The notes under the pieces: generated by a model | Seen by the model: the letters and a program-made list of their open reading frames with translations, nothing else | The model's database searches: none | What the model was told of the DNA's origin: nothing | Made by a program: the position numbers and the translations under genes | NCBI RefSeq assembly: GCF_006345805.1 | Contig: NC_042999.1 | Span: forward strand, 52,390,001-52,454,000 | Direction of reading: 5' to 3' | DNA length: 64,000 nt | Origin: Octopus sinensis | Lineage: Eukaryota | In this document: in pieces, positions 63,661 to 64,000 of the stretch | Layout of the letters: every line of letters starts with the position of its first letter | Position numbering within the stretch: the first letter of the stretch is position 1

Positions 63661-64000
63661 TCGATGATCACGATGATATTTTTAGTATATGTTATTGCTT
63701 TATATATTTTTATATATTTTTTCTGTATATTATTTTTCACCCTGCATATTTGTGCATGTGCGTATAGAGAAGTGTATATGAACATAATTGTGCGCGTATG
63801 GGTATATATACGTGGGTGTGTGCGTGTGTACGGGTATGTATATGTGTACATGTTTATGGATGCATATAAATATATGTATACACATAGGTGTGTGTAGGGG
63901 TGCATGTGTGTGTTTCAGGCGAATGTGAGTGAGCATGTTCATATATGCACACGCACGTGCGTGTGTTGGCATGTACATGCGTGCATACTTGGATTCTATG

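Overview
This is AT-rich, microsatellite- and transposon-dense eukaryotic genomic DNA. The SINE families, R4/Dong-like elements and simple repeats suggest an octopod cephalopod (Octopus-like); this is an inference, not a database result. The only host genes are two tandem minus-strand paralogs of the PLP-dependent group II amino-acid decarboxylase family (DDC/TDC/HDC-like). They were reconstructed exon by exon from GT-AG sites, and their exon sizes match human DDC as recalled. Gene A has its ATG at 14228 and coding exons 1-5 (204, 114, 120, 135 and 144 bp), and runs off the left edge. Gene B enters from beyond the right edge and shows exons 5, 6, 7, 9, 10, 11 and 12, ending at 21282. Both genes carry unusual active-site substitutions. 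Gene A has Asp/Val/Ile at positions equivalent to human I101/G102/F103. Gene B has D271E, T246V, R347T and H348S. In gene B I could not find the exon carrying the PLP lysine, and its last exon has a +1 frameshift. The introns contain CR1/L2-group LINEs, R4/Dong-like, RTE, Gypsy, mariner and Penelope-like remnants, three tRNA-derived SINE families, MITEs, many fold-back palindromes and several hammerhead-ribozyme motifs. I found no CRISPR array, rRNA gene or true tRNA gene. Human DDC residue numbers are from memory and alignments were done by eye. Exon and TSD coordinates were counted directly; TE boundaries are approximate.
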